NCBI GenBank assembly: GCA_963755125.1
Contig: CAVWIP010000015.1
Span: forward strand, 1-64,000
Reading direction: 5' to 3'
Origin: an uncultured delta proteobacterium
Lineage (GTDB): Bacteria > Myxococcota_A > Polyangia > Fen-1088
DNA: 64,000 bases
Shown here: one piece after another, positions 43,890 to 56,772 of the stretch
Numbering within the stretch: position 1 is the stretch's first letter
Layout: every line of letters starts with the position of its first letter
Notes under the pieces: generated by a model
What the model was told of the DNA's origin: nothing
Database searches by the model: none
The model's input: the letters and a program-made list of their open reading frames with translations, nothing else
Made by a program: the position numbers and the translations under genes

Positions 43890-44174
43890 ATGGCGGGCCA
43901 GACGCGCGGGTCGGCTACAGTCGGCCGCCGGCTCATCTCCCTGTTGATCGGTGAGCGTCAGACTTCTTGAAAAGGGTTCATTCCCAACGGGTTCGGACAT
44001 CCACGGCAAAAGGCGCTGGCTGTGAACGAGATCACCGACTGATTGGGCGAACCGAATGCCGGCGCCATGGGCGCGCCGCGTCGTCTCCGGCCGTGGGAAC
44101 GGCTGAAGCGTAGAAAAATCCCTTCGATGTTTCTTGTTTCTTGGCGCAATAATCCGCGGCGAGGACTTGCCAAG

Positions 44175-45857
44175 ATGGCGCTCGCGACCGGACAAACCTT
44201 TGGGAATTATCAGGTCGTGCGTTTGGTCGGCGAGGGCGGCTTCGGCGAAGTGTACGAGGCCCAGAACCAGTTCTTACAGCGACGGGCAGCCATCAAGGTT
44301 CTGCACAAGGGGATGGGGGAGGATCCGGAGCTGGTACGCCGGTTCCTCAACGAGGCGCGGGCCGCGAGCGCGATTCGCCACCCGAACATCATCGAGGTGC
44401 TCGACGCCGGCGTAACCCCGGAGGGCGAACCGTACATCTTGATGGAATTCCTGGAAGGGGATTCGCTGCACAGGCTGCTGCTGCAGCAGGGGCGGATGCC
44501 GGTTCGCATGGTGCAGGAAGTTGCGCGCCAGGCTGGCTCCGCGCTGGCGGCTGCCCATGCGGCGGGAATCGTGCACCGCGATCTCAAACCCGAGAATGTA
44601 TTCCTGATGCCGGACCCAGCCTCGCCCATGGGTATTCGCGTGAAGGTTCTGGATTTCGGCATCGCCAAGGTCAGGCTGCGCGGGGCCTTCGGCTCCACCG
44701 TGAGGACCCAGACCGGTATGGTCATGGGCAGTCCAGCGTATATGTCGCCCGAGCAGTGCCGCGACAGTTCCGACGTCGATCATCGATCCGACATCTATTC
44801 GCTCGCCGTGATGGTCTACGAGATGCTGGCAGGCGTGCCGCCCTTCGCATCCCCGTCTACAACCGGGATGTTCCTCCTGCAGATTACCGCAAGTCCTACT
44901 CCGTTGCGGTCGCAGGTTCCCGATGTTCCCGACTACATCGAGCAAGCGGTGATGCGCTCTCTGTCGAAAGAGCGCGAGCAGCGCTACGACCGCGTGGACT
45001 ACTTCGTGGGCGCGCTGCTTGGCACCTATCCCGCGCTCACCAACCAGGGGAGCGCCGTGTTTGCGGGAAAGGACTCCGCGAATCCGACAGGCACGGTCGT
45101 GTACTCCGCCACGAACCCGGGCAATCGCCCACCGCCTTCTCCCGCGGTGGGTTTGGCGCGGGCAAGCGCTGCCGAGCCGTCCCCGGCGTCCGTCGTCGCG
45201 CCAGGTGCAAGCGTCACCATCCTTTCCCATGCCACCAGAGAGGCGGCATCGCCGCCAGCCGCCTCGGTGAGAGATGTGCATGTGCAAAGCCTCAGCGACG
45301 CGGTCTCGTCGCCCGCTGCTTCTGTGAGCGATGTGCACGTGCAAGGTGCTCGAAGCAGGAAATGGCCGATCTTCGCAGCTGTCGGTGCTGTTGCCGCTGG
45401 GCTCGCCCTCCTGCTTGTTCTTCGCCCGGGCGCATCCCCCGCGCCGGTCGTGGCTGCTCGACCCACCGTTGGCGAGAATGCCGCTCGTGTTGCGCCAAGT
45501 GTGGCTGCAAGCGCGATGGTTCTCGTGCGCGTCAGCAGCTCGCCTGCGGGTGCGACCGTGATGGACGCCAAGGAGGGAGCGGCCCTCGGCCAGACCCCAT
45601 TCGAAAAATCCTACCCACAGGGCCATGGCGTGCTGGGGGTGGTTCTGCGCTTGGCCGGCTACCAGGACAAACCCGTTACCATCGGCCTTGACGCGAACTC
45701 GTCCACATCAGTAGATCTGGCACCGAACGCCGCTGGTCGCCCCGACGTAGCGAACAGACCCGCGGCGAGACGTGCCGAACATCCGGCTGAGGTAGGGGCG
45801 CGCAAGACGCCACTCAAGATAATGCAAGGAAAGGAAGAAAGATGGCGCGTTCACTGA
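44175..45857 (+). CDS. Ser/Thr protein kinase with TM helix and PEGA-like domain
   Basis: GEGGFGEVY, HRDLKPEN, LDFG, GSPAYMSPEQ; SSPAGATV...LGQTP. Confidence 0.92.
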   Translation: MALATGQTFGNYQVVRLVGEGGFGEVYEAQNQFLQRRAAIKVLHKGMGEDPELVRRFLNEARAASAIRHPNIIEVLDAGVTPEGEPYILMEFLEGDSLHRLLLQQGRMPVRMVQEVARQAGSALAAAHAAGIVHRDLKPENVFLMPDPASPMGIRVKVLDFGIAKVRLRGAFGSTVRTQTGMVMGSPAYMSPEQCRDSSDVDHRSDIYSLAVMVYEMLAGVPPFASPSTTGMFLLQITASPTPLRSQVPDVPDYIEQAVMRSLSKEREQRYDRVDYFVGALLGTYPALTNQGSAVFAGKDSANPTGTVVYSATNPGNRPPPSPAVGLARASAAEPSPASVVAPGASVTILSHATREAASPPAASVRDVHVQSLSDAVSSPAASVSDVHVQGARSRKWPIFAAVGAVAAGLALLLVLRPGASPAPVVAARPTVGENAARVAPSVAASAMVLVRVSSSPAGATVMDAKEGAALGQTPFEKSYPQGHGVLGVVLRLAGYQDKPVTIGLDANSSTSVDLAPNAAGRPDVANRPAARRAEHPAEVGARKTPLKIMQGKEERWRVH

Positions 45858-46879
45858 GGGTCATCTTGCTCGGCTTCGTGGTTGCTGGCTCGGCGTTGAA
45901 CCTACCCACGGCAACCGGAGTTGCGTCGGCCGCCGAACTCGACAAAAAGAGCAACGCCGATGCCAACGAGGCACTCGGCCTCTATAAAGAGGGTCGCTAC
46001 GAGGAAGCGGCCAAGATATTCGTGAGACTCAGCGTTGCCCACCCCGATATGTTGGTGTTTGTGCGCAACATCGGCGCTTGTTATTACTATTTGCGCCGCA
46101 ATGATCCGGCTCTTTCCAACTTGCGGGAATACCTGGCTCGCAAGAAGAACATCACGGCCGACGATCGCGCCGAGGTGGAGGGCTGGATCGCCGAGCTGGA
46201 GCATCTTCGCAGACAGGCCGCTACGCCGCCGGCGTCCGTCGCAGCCCCATCGCTGCCCGCACCGACATCGCCGGCCGCCACGGCGCCAGCGCCTCCGCCC
46301 CTAGCGCCCTCCGCTGCAGCGACGGCGTCTGGCCTTCCGCCCACGTCTTCGCCAGCGCCGCAGCCGGGTGTTTCCGCGTATCCCATGGTTGGGCAAAATG
46401 GCTCTCAGCCTGTGGGGGTGCAAAACGCCTCCCAGCCTGCATATCCCCAGACCCAGAATGTCCCCCAGCCAGCCACTCAGCCTCCACTAGCCCGGCCAGT
46501 CGTCCCCGCAACTCAGGGTCAGGCTGCGCCCGCCGCCTCATTGGGCGTGGAGGTGGCCACCCAGATGCCGGCCAGCAACAACAGTGCAGCCTGGATCGTT
46601 GGAGGCATTGGGGTCGCGCTGGTGGCGACAGGCGGAGTCTTCACTTTGCTATCGCAAAGTGCGTTTTCCGATACCGCAAAACGATACAATCCCGGCAGGG
46701 AAAGCTCGGGGAAGACCTACGCCGACGTCGCGGCGGTATCTTACGGCATGGGCGCGGCTGGCGTGGCGACGGCGGTCATCATGATGGCGATCAGGGGTCA
46801 TCGCTCATCCAACTCTCTGGCGCTGGCGCCGGTTGTGGGCCCCGATGCAGTGGGCGCCCTGATTCACTACACATACTAG
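45842..46879 (+). CDS. Exported TPR-containing protein
   Basis: Signal peptide, LYKEGRYEEAA...NIGACY TPR pair, Pro-rich linker, C-terminal hydrophobic segments. Confidence 0.7.
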   Translation: MARSLRVILLGFVVAGSALNLPTATGVASAAELDKKSNADANEALGLYKEGRYEEAAKIFVRLSVAHPDMLVFVRNIGACYYYLRRNDPALSNLREYLARKKNITADDRAEVEGWIAELEHLRRQAATPPASVAAPSLPAPTSPAATAPAPPPLAPSAAATASGLPPTSSPAPQPGVSAYPMVGQNGSQPVGVQNASQPAYPQTQNVPQPATQPPLARPVVPATQGQAAPAASLGVEVATQMPASNNSAAWIVGGIGVALVATGGVFTLLSQSAFSDTAKRYNPGRESSGKTYADVAAVSYGMGAAGVATAVIMMAIRGHRSSNSLALAPVVGPDAVGALIHYTY

Positions 46880-46894
46880 GGGAGACGGAACATC

Positions 46895-47479
46895 ATGGAA
46901 CGATCGGCGTTGGCGTGTGCGGCTGCACTGTTGTTTGGCTGTAGTCCGGACTACAAGAGCGGCAGTACGGAATGCAGTGCGGACGGGAAGTGCCCGGCTG
47001 GCTATATATGTGGCGGCGCGAGTACAGTCGGAGCCCCGGATGTCTGCTACAGCCGAAGCAAAGCTCAGTGCGACGCTTCTGACTTCTATTACTGTCCCGC
47101 GTCGAAAAGCTGTTGGTCAAGCAAGGTGGCCTGTGACACGTTTGTCGACTGCGGAAATGGCAAAGCATCCGCTTGCGTCACGGAGGGCTATGTGGCCAAT
47201 TGCTCTGGCTCGGGCCAGTGCACAGCTCCTGGCGGTCTGTGCGGCATAGCGACAGGCGATACCGTCTGCACAACCTGCGACAAGCAATCCTGTTGCTCTC
47301 AGTTTACCGCTTGCGTGGATCTACCCGCCTGCTCGAGTCTGGTGAGCTGTCTCCAGCCCTGCGCGAACAACGACACCGCGTGCATGAATAACTGCAACAC
47401 CAGCTATCCGGGGGGCGTTTCGACCTTGGCGGCGTGGTCAACATGTTTGGACAACTCGTGCAGCGCGAGTTGCAACTGA
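46895..47479 (+). CDS. Cys-rich lipoprotein
   Basis: LFGC lipobox, many Cys, GGAG RBS. Confidence 0.7.
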   Translation: MERSALACAAALLFGCSPDYKSGSTECSADGKCPAGYICGGASTVGAPDVCYSRSKAQCDASDFYYCPASKSCWSSKVACDTFVDCGNGKASACVTEGYVANCSGSGQCTAPGGLCGIATGDTVCTTCDKQSCCSQFTACVDLPACSSLVSCLQPCANNDTACMNNCNTSYPGGVSTLAAWSTCLDNSCSASCN

Positions 47480-47495
47480 AGGCAAGGCTTGGTCG

Positions 47496-47630
47496 CTAGA
47501 CCAGGCTGCGCAGGAAGGTCAGCGCGGGAGCAACCCGGATTCCGTCGGGAGTGACGTAGTCCTTCTTCCCAGTGGCCGAGACTCCACCCACTTGGCCAGA
47601 TCCCTCTCGATGGGCTAGATAGCGTCCTGC
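47496..47630 (-). pseudogene. C-terminal remnant, probably of an AAA ATPase/DUF4143 protein
   Basis: RYL...VSATGKKDYVTPDGIRVAPALTFLRSLV-stop resembles the end of that family; no start codon. Confidence 0.4.
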
Positions 47631-47641
47631 TCGGCGTTTCG

Positions 47642-49861
47642 CTACTTCTTCCCGCGCTTGCCGCTCTTCTTGCCCTTCTTGGCTTTGCCGGCCTTTTCTG
47701 TTTTGGCTTTGCTCCGTGATGGTATGCCGTTCGGATAGAGCATCCCCATGCTCGCATTGGCCAGCGCAACGTCCACTTGCGCCCAGAAACGGTGATAAGT
47801 GAAGCGGGGTGGGGGACCGCCCTGCAAATACGCCTCCACTTTGGGCCACGCGGGATCGGTCTTGTACTTCGAGCGGATGCTGATGAAGGTGGAACTGGGC
47901 TCGATGCGGTCGCCGTTGGGCATCACGCCCTGCCAATCCGCGGGCACGAAGATCGGATCGCCGAAGCGTTTGTAGTCGACGCGCGCTTCTTCACTGGCCA
48001 CGCCCTTTGGGGTCCAGTATTTCTTCCACATCCGGTCGAGCAATTCCTTGGCCAGCCGCGCGGCCGCGCGATCACCGGACTTGGCCGAATAGAAGAGCAG
48101 GGCGCGCGCGGTTGCGCCGGTTACGCCCACGTCCTGACTGTGGTCCTTGACCTTTACGTGCAGGGTCTTGTTGTAACCGGCGTCTTTGTCATTCCAGTTC
48201 TGGGTCTTCTCGTTCCAATTGAGTTGCGGCTGGCCGGTCCACTGTAGTGTTGATGGAATGGCAAAGCTGCCATCCTTGCCCAGCTTGGTGTTGGCCAGCA
48301 CCCACTTGACCCAGCGGTCGAGCACGATCTTGGCTTTCGCCTCCCCCGTCACGTAATAAAGCTGCGCCACGCGGTCCATGGTCCAGGCCTGGAAGCCGAA
48401 CCATTCGTTGCTGGGCGGGTCGGCGTAGACCGGCGCCTCGTCGTAGGCCATCTTGTAGAAGGTGGTGGTGCCCGCGGGCGGCACGGCGTAGCGGCCGCGC
48501 CAGCTATTGGTCGCGCCGCCGGCCATGCCACCCTCGGCGGATTGCAGCCAGCGATAGAACTCGAGCTGGCGGCCCAGGCTTGTTGTCCAGTCGCGCGTGG
48601 CGTTCGGGGACGCGGGCTTGAAGTCCTTCTCTTTGGCCAGCACGTAGGCCGCAAACGGATTCTGATAGCCACTGTGCGAGGCGCTGGCGCCAATTCGCCA
48701 CGACCAGCCCGCTGCCTTGGCCGTGGATCCGCCCCAGGCGTAGTACCACGACAGCAGGTAGTGGGCCGCGCCGTAACCCTCGGCCGCCGGGCAGCTCGGA
48801 TCCTGACAGCCCATTTCCTTGAAATACTTATCGAACAGGGCGTAGCGAAGATAGTCGCCCATCTTGGACGCCTTCTTGACCAGGCCGTCGACCGCGCTGC
48901 CCGAGCCTTGCTCGTCGGCCCAGCGCTTGGCCCAGTACATGGCCTGCACCGCGCGCGCGTCGGCATCGGGAGCGTCGGTGTACTTCCACTGGCGCGCGTA
49001 GCCGCCGTCCTGCTTCACGAACAGGTCGAGAAAACCATTGTCGCCGCCGAACTGGAAGTCATCCCAGCACGGCTGGGGGATGGCTTCCCACACCGATTCC
49101 TGCATGCCACGCTGAAATGTGTTGATGGGCGCCGGGTGGGACACGCGATCGCCGCGCCGGCCGAAGCCGTAGAAATTGTCGATGTCGATGATCCAGTGCA
49201 TGCCGTAGATGAAGGGCGAGCCGTACGCAGCTTGCAGCTCTTTCGCCAGGGGATCGTGACCCACCGGCGCCGCCGCGTCGAAGGGCACGGGGTAGGCGTT
49301 GGGCAGATCCTCCTCGGGCGCGTAGACCGCCGGGTGGGTATCGGCGTACGAGCCCACGGTGGGTTGATCGTCGGGCGTGGGGATGAGATACGCCTCCAGA
49401 TTTTCCCAGGCATGGTCGAGCGGCTTCCAGTCTTTGGCGATCTTGCCGTAAGTGGCCTCCAGCCACAGCCAGTAGCTGTACGCCTCGGAGGTTGTGTGAT
49501 GCCCGTAATCGGGCGCCTCGACCAGCAGGGTTTCCGCCGCGTGGTACGGCATGCCCTCGGGGCTGAAGTAGCCGTTGGCAGGGGAGTGCAGGGCGTTCCA
49601 GTGGGCAATGAAGCGATCCGTGTACTCGTTGCCGGTCTTGCCCGGGTGCTGCGGCGGAACGAAAGGCGTGGGCTTGGGGAACTCGACCGGCTCAACCGGT
49701 CCGGCCGCGGGCTTGGCGGCGCCCGATCGCGCCGTCGCACGCGGCGAGCGCGCACGCGGGGGCCGCGGAGCGGCCTGCTGCTGCGACACTGTCTGCAAGC
49801 AGGAGAGCTGAAGCACCCCCGCGACGCCGAGCACAAGGGCGGATAGACGGGCTACTCGCAT
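47642..49861 (-). CDS. Glycoside hydrolase family 48 (processive cellulase), lipoprotein
   Basis: YFSPEGMPYH, EAPDYGH.TTSEAYSY, GMHW, INTFQRG.QESVWE, YTDAPDADAR, EWFGFQAW, FTYHRFWAQ. Confidence 0.92.
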   Translation of the reverse strand: MRVARLSALVLGVAGVLQLSCLQTVSQQQAAPRPPRARSPRATARSGAAKPAAGPVEPVEFPKPTPFVPPQHPGKTGNEYTDRFIAHWNALHSPANGYFSPEGMPYHAAETLLVEAPDYGHHTTSEAYSYWLWLEATYGKIAKDWKPLDHAWENLEAYLIPTPDDQPTVGSYADTHPAVYAPEEDLPNAYPVPFDAAAPVGHDPLAKELQAAYGSPFIYGMHWIIDIDNFYGFGRRGDRVSHPAPINTFQRGMQESVWEAIPQPCWDDFQFGGDNGFLDLFVKQDGGYARQWKYTDAPDADARAVQAMYWAKRWADEQGSGSAVDGLVKKASKMGDYLRYALFDKYFKEMGCQDPSCPAAEGYGAAHYLLSWYYAWGGSTAKAAGWSWRIGASASHSGYQNPFAAYVLAKEKDFKPASPNATRDWTTSLGRQLEFYRWLQSAEGGMAGGATNSWRGRYAVPPAGTTTFYKMAYDEAPVYADPPSNEWFGFQAWTMDRVAQLYYVTGEAKAKIVLDRWVKWVLANTKLGKDGSFAIPSTLQWTGQPQLNWNEKTQNWNDKDAGYNKTLHVKVKDHSQDVGVTGATARALLFYSAKSGDRAAARLAKELLDRMWKKYWTPKGVASEEARVDYKRFGDPIFVPADWQGVMPNGDRIEPSSTFISIRSKYKTDPAWPKVEAYLQGGPPPRFTYHRFWAQVDVALANASMGMLYPNGIPSRSKAKTEKAGKAKKGKKSGKRGKK

Positions 49862-50601
49862 CCCACGAACTCCACATCATCGATCCAGATATCGAAGGCT
49901 GCGCCCGGGGTGTTCACCTGCCACTGGATACCGAAGAGCTTGCTCTTGTCGATGCTGTGTCGTCGGGGCGAGCCCCAGTCAGGCAGTTGCCGCATCTTCT
50001 TGAACGGGAACACGAATCGCTGCCAGGCCTCGGTCAGAGTGAGATCCATGCCGAAGTCGTTGAAGCACTCCCGGCACACGCCGCCCGCCGGATCCGTGCT
50101 GACATCGGGAACCTTGAGTCGCACCTTGGCGATCGAGCCCGCACCGATGCGCGCCCAGAATGCCAGTCCGTTGTAGTGAGAGGCATCGTAGGGGCCCTTG
50201 GGATCCACGAAATTCACGCCCACGCCGCCGCCAAAGGAATCGCTTCCACCGGCGACCTTCCCGTGCACGTTGGCCGCGTACTTCGAGCCATGCGCCCCGC
50301 CGGGCGTCATGCTAAAGGTGCCGCCGTTCTCGCCGGCCTCGGGGACCACGGTCGACCCTTGCTTGTCGACGAACGTGTACCAGTAGCCGTTGCGGCCGTC
50401 GCGCACCACCACCTGGTTGTTGCCGTCTTCGCCGTTGTCAATCAGCCCGTCCGCACACGTGTCGAGCGCGACCGCGCTGTTGCCAAGCGCGGGTTTTTGG
50501 CCCGGCATGATGCATGCGGGCAAAAACAGCAGCGCGGCCAGGACCAGCAGGTGGGTTGACGAGAAAGTGTTCTGTTGCCGAAATCGCCAGTGGTTTTTCA
50601 C
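49852..50601 (-). CDS. Carbohydrate-binding-domain lipoprotein (CBM11/CIA30-like fold)
   Basis: LPAC lipobox, [39 protein letters not shown]; stop overlaps the GH48 start. Confidence 0.7.
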   Translation of the reverse strand: MKNHWRFRQQNTFSSTHLLVLAALLFLPACIMPGQKPALGNSAVALDTCADGLIDNGEDGNNQVVVRDGRNGYWYTFVDKQGSTVVPEAGENGGTFSMTPGGAHGSKYAANVHGKVAGGSDSFGGGVGVNFVDPKGPYDASHYNGLAFWARIGAGSIAKVRLKVPDVSTDPAGGVCRECFNDFGMDLTLTEAWQRFVFPFKKMRQLPDWGSPRRHSIDKSKLFGIQWQVNTPGAAFDIWIDDVEFVGCE

Positions 50602-50841
50602 GCCCGCACAATACCCGACCCTCGCAAATTGGGAAAGATGGGGATCGCGCGCCCACGATCCGACTCTGCGGTCTCCCCGCTCCCGTCTGTGTTCTCAACG
50701 CGGGTGGCTGGTAAGCCGGACGCGCCCCCTTCCCGGCGCTCCCGAACAAAGAACTATGCAGAAATTCGCGTCGCCGATCGGCCCTTGATACGATCGCGGC
50801 CAGCGTTTCGGCTGCCAGCCGCTGCGCAGAAAGGGCCGCCC

Positions 50842-53361
<2,520 letters not shown>

Positions 53362-53374
53362 CGCAAGTTGGTGG

Positions 53375-55513
53375 TCACGCGAGCGGCGCGCCCGCTGGGC
53401 GGCCGTCGACCAGCAAGTTGTGAATCCGCTGCGCGAGTTCGTCCACGTCGAACGGTTTGACCACATGGCCGGCAAAGCCCGCCTCGTGCGTGCGTTTCAG
53501 GTCGTCCGGTCCCCCGAGAGCGGTCACTGCGAGGGCTGGGATCGACGCACAGCCCGCTAGCAGGCGCGCGCCTCGCAAGAATTGATAGCCGTCGATGCCA
53601 GGCAGGCCGATGTCGACCAGGAGCACGCCCGGCCGTTCCCGGCCAAGCCAGTCCAGAGCTGCCTCGCCGGTCGCACAGGTTGCGACCGAGTAGCCCCGCA
53701 TGCCCAGGCAGGTGGCGACCATCTCGCGGGCGTCGTCATTGTCTTCGATGACCAAGATGCGGGGCCCGGCTGGCGCGAGCGGTGCAGGCGCCTCGACGTT
53801 CGGCGGCGGCGCGATGGTGGGTAACTCGACGATGAAACGCGCTCCCCGCCCCTGACCCTCGCTTTCCACCCGAGCCGTGCCCCCGTGCAACTCTACCAGC
53901 GACCGAACGATCGATAATCCAATACCCATACCAGCCGGTCGGGAAGCTCCCGCAGAGCTCTGCACGAAGGGCGCGAACAGGCGCGGTAGCAGTTCGGGCT
54001 CGATGCCGACGCCTGTATCCTCAACACTGAAACACGCGCTGTCACCCTGGCGTTGCAGGCGCGCGGTGACTCGCCCTCCCGTCGGGGTGAACTTGATTGC
54101 GTTCGACAAGAGATTCAGGGCGACCTGACTCATGCGTGTGGCGTCCGCGCTCACCCACAGGCCGGGTTCAAATGTGCCCTCCAGGTGCAGCCCTGAACGC
54201 CTCGCATCCTCGTGCATGGTACCCAGGAGTTGCACCAGCAGGCGGCTGAGGTCCAGGGGCTTGCGCTCGATGTTCAGCGTGCCTCGTGCTGCGCGCGCCA
54301 GATCGAGCAGGTCGTCCACCAGGCGTGCCACGTGCCGTGTGTTTCTTTCGATGATGCGCAAAGCATTTTGCACGCGATCATCTGCGGGCGCGCTGGCCTT
54401 GAGCATCTGCACCGCCATGGTTATGGGCGACAAAGGGTTGCGCAATTCGTGCGACACCACCGCCAGGAAGCGATCCTTGGCCCGGTTCGCTTCCTGGGCC
54501 TCGGCCAGGGCCGCGTGTTCGCGCGCCAGCGCTTCTTGCCGCTCGCGTTCAACGCGATGGCGCTCCGTCTGATCGAGGACGAACGCGACGACGCGCCCTC
54601 TGCTGGCATCCATGAGCGCGCCGCCCATGACGACGTGTACGCGCGTTCCGTCCTTGCGTACCCACTCGACTTCCCAGGCTTTGCCCGAGCCTTGCGCCAG
54701 CAGTCGCTGCACGGTCGTCGGCTGTTCCGCCACCTCTCCGGGTGGTGCCATCTCGGGCCAGTGGATCCGGCCTGAAATCAGATCTTTGCGATTGAAGCCG
54801 ACCATGTCCAGGTACGCGTCGTTGGCGTCGAGAATGCGTCCTTCCAGGTCGGCCACCACGAAGCCGACCACGTTCGAATCCATCAGGCGGTGCAAGGCCT
54901 CGTCGCGCCGGCGCAGAACATCCTCGGAGCGCGCCTGTTGTATCTCCAGGGCCACCCGCGGCGCGAAGAAGAGCAGCACCGACTCGGCAAACTCCACGTC
55001 GTCCAGGTCGCGGCGAAACAGGCCCACCAAGATCCCGATGCTCTTGCCATCGGCGTCGCGCAAGGGCACGCCCACGTAGGCGTGAATCCCCATCTCGGCC
55101 AGCAGTGTGTCCTCGGGGAACAGGCGCACCACATCCTTGCTGTGCGCGTACACCCGGTTCGCGATGACCTGGGCGCATGGGGTTCCAGCCAGACAGTACG
55201 AGAACGGCTCGGCACGCTTGCCGTCACCGAAGACCGAGACGATTTCCATGTTGGTGCCGTCGACGCTGAGCTGGCCGACGAAGGCCACGTCGGCGCCCAG
55301 CACGGTGGCCAGACGCGCGGTCAGCGTATCGAAAAACGCTGCACCCCGCTGACTGGAACTCTCATCGTTCACCATGCGGATCGCATCGAACAGGCGCTGC
55401 TGCCAGGCCTGCCATTCCAGCAGCTGATCGATACGAGCTTGCAGATCGCCAGCAAGCTCGCCGGATTCCCGCGTCTCACGCGTCGGCCAAGCAGACCTTT
55501 GACTCGCGTTCAT
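53375..55513 (-). CDS. Hybrid sensor histidine kinase (GAF-PAS-HisKA-HATPase-REC)
   Basis: GTPC GAF, PAS, VSHELRNPL, NAIKFT, DTGVG, GIGL, REC with DIGLP. Confidence 0.92.
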   Translation of the reverse strand: MNASQRSAWPTRETRESGELAGDLQARIDQLLEWQAWQQRLFDAIRMVNDESSSQRGAAFFDTLTARLATVLGADVAFVGQLSVDGTNMEIVSVFGDGKRAEPFSYCLAGTPCAQVIANRVYAHSKDVVRLFPEDTLLAEMGIHAYVGVPLRDADGKSIGILVGLFRRDLDDVEFAESVLLFFAPRVALEIQQARSEDVLRRRDEALHRLMDSNVVGFVVADLEGRILDANDAYLDMVGFNRKDLISGRIHWPEMAPPGEVAEQPTTVQRLLAQGSGKAWEVEWVRKDGTRVHVVMGGALMDASRGRVVAFVLDQTERHRVERERQEALAREHAALAEAQEANRAKDRFLAVVSHELRNPLSPITMAVQMLKASAPADDRVQNALRIIERNTRHVARLVDDLLDLARAARGTLNIERKPLDLSRLLVQLLGTMHEDARRSGLHLEGTFEPGLWVSADATRMSQVALNLLSNAIKFTPTGGRVTARLQRQGDSACFSVEDTGVGIEPELLPRLFAPFVQSSAGASRPAGMGIGLSIVRSLVELHGGTARVESEGQGRGARFIVELPTIAPPPNVEAPAPLAPAGPRILVIEDNDDAREMVATCLGMRGYSVATCATGEAALDWLGRERPGVLLVDIGLPGIDGYQFLRGARLLAGCASIPALAVTALGGPDDLKRTHEAGFAGHVVKPFDVDELAQRIHNLLVDGRPAGAPLA

Positions 55514-55701
55514 GGCTCCCCCCGGCGCGATCATACCGCCGAATTCATCCCTGGCGAGTCCTGTTTTGGGCCTCAGGTCGCGGTGCGACAGGCAGCGAGG
55601 CCGGTGGCTGGAGCGCAGGTGGATGTCTCGCAAGAGCCGATCTTCACAAGCGCTGCTTTTGACCCTCGGCGACCGACCGACTTCTGTGCGACAATAGACG
55701 C

Positions 55702-56595
55702 ATGCCAGGCAGTATCGGCTTGTTCATCCGCAGCAGGGACAACGACTTTCAACGACGCTTGGAAGAAGACGCTCAGCGCGAGGCGAAGCACCAGGATTTC
55801 CAGCTTCTCGTGGAGTCGGCGCAATTTGATGCCAGCCGGCAGGTCGTGCAGATCCGCGACGCTATCAAGAACGCCTCCGCGAGCAAACTCTCCGCCCTGC
55901 TGGTCAGCGGCGTGCAGGACGAGGAGTTGCGCCCGGTTGCCCAGGAAGCCGCCGAGGCTGGCCTGGATTGGGCCATGCTCAATGAGGCAGCGTTCATCGA
56001 CGACATTCGCCGCCAGTATCCCAAGCGGGCCGTTTTTGCTGTCACCTGTGATCAGGTTGAACTTGGCCACGTTCATGCGCAGCAGGTCCGCGCCCTACTC
56101 GGGGATGCGGGTCGCGTGCTGTGTGTCACCGGGTACCTTCGGAACGCATCAGCGGTGCAGCGTTTGGCCGGCTTGAAGCAAGGCCTCGATGGCAAGTTCG
56201 ATCTCATCGAACTCAATGGCGACTGGACCAGCGAAGGAGCACGCATGGCTGTTGCACGCTGGGCCAGCGAAATTACCTCGAAAGAGGATCTGCCAGGCAT
56301 GTTCGTGGCCCACAACGACGAAATGGCCCTGGGCGTGCGCCAGGCCGCGCGCGACCTCGATTCACAGCGCAACTTGCCCCTGGCCAGAACCCCCATCACC
56401 GGCTGCGACGGATCGCAGACCTTCGGCCAGCGTCTGGTTCGCGAACGGCGTTTACAGGCAACGGTGATCACGCCCCCCGGATCGGGCGTGGCCATTGAAT
56501 GGATCGCCCGCGTGCGTGGCAAGGGCGAGATGCCCCCGGTCCGCGTGCTGCTGCCGGCAACCTCTTTCCCGGCGCTCGCGAGCCTGCGGAAGTAG
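55702..56595 (+). CDS. Periplasmic-binding-protein type I (sugar-binding) fold protein lacking a signal peptide
   Basis: NDFQ, Q..QI, DQ..LG, R..G, GDW, AHNDEMALG, GCDG motifs of RbsB-like proteins. Confidence 0.75.
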   Translation: MPGSIGLFIRSRDNDFQRRLEEDAQREAKHQDFQLLVESAQFDASRQVVQIRDAIKNASASKLSALLVSGVQDEELRPVAQEAAEAGLDWAMLNEAAFIDDIRRQYPKRAVFAVTCDQVELGHVHAQQVRALLGDAGRVLCVTGYLRNASAVQRLAGLKQGLDGKFDLIELNGDWTSEGARMAVARWASEITSKEDLPGMFVAHNDEMALGVRQAARDLDSQRNLPLARTPITGCDGSQTFGQRLVRERRLQATVITPPGSGVAIEWIARVRGKGEMPPVRVLLPATSFPALASLRK

Positions 56596-56681
56596 TCGAT
56601 GTGGGTGGCGTGGCGGGCGACTTGACGCCGCTGGCCCTTGTGCGAAGCCGATTCCGAGTTTATGAGTAGACCGCTACGCTG

Positions 56682-56769
56682 GGAGGAGTGGCCGAGTGGT
56701 CGAAGGCGACGGTCTTGAAAACCGTAGCGCCTCAAAAGGGCGCCAAGGGTTCGAATCCCTTCTCCTCCT
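56682..56769 (+). tRNA. tRNA-Ser (TGA)
   Basis: GGAGGAG/CTCCTCC acceptor stem, ACGGT-CTTGAAA-ACCGT anticodon arm, long variable arm, GGTTCGAATCC. Confidence 0.95.
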
Positions 56770-56772
56770 CTA

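Noticed and set aside
43890..44174. 285-bp intergenic region as a possible riboswitch or sRNA
   Set aside because: No recognisable conserved motif or convincing structure by eye
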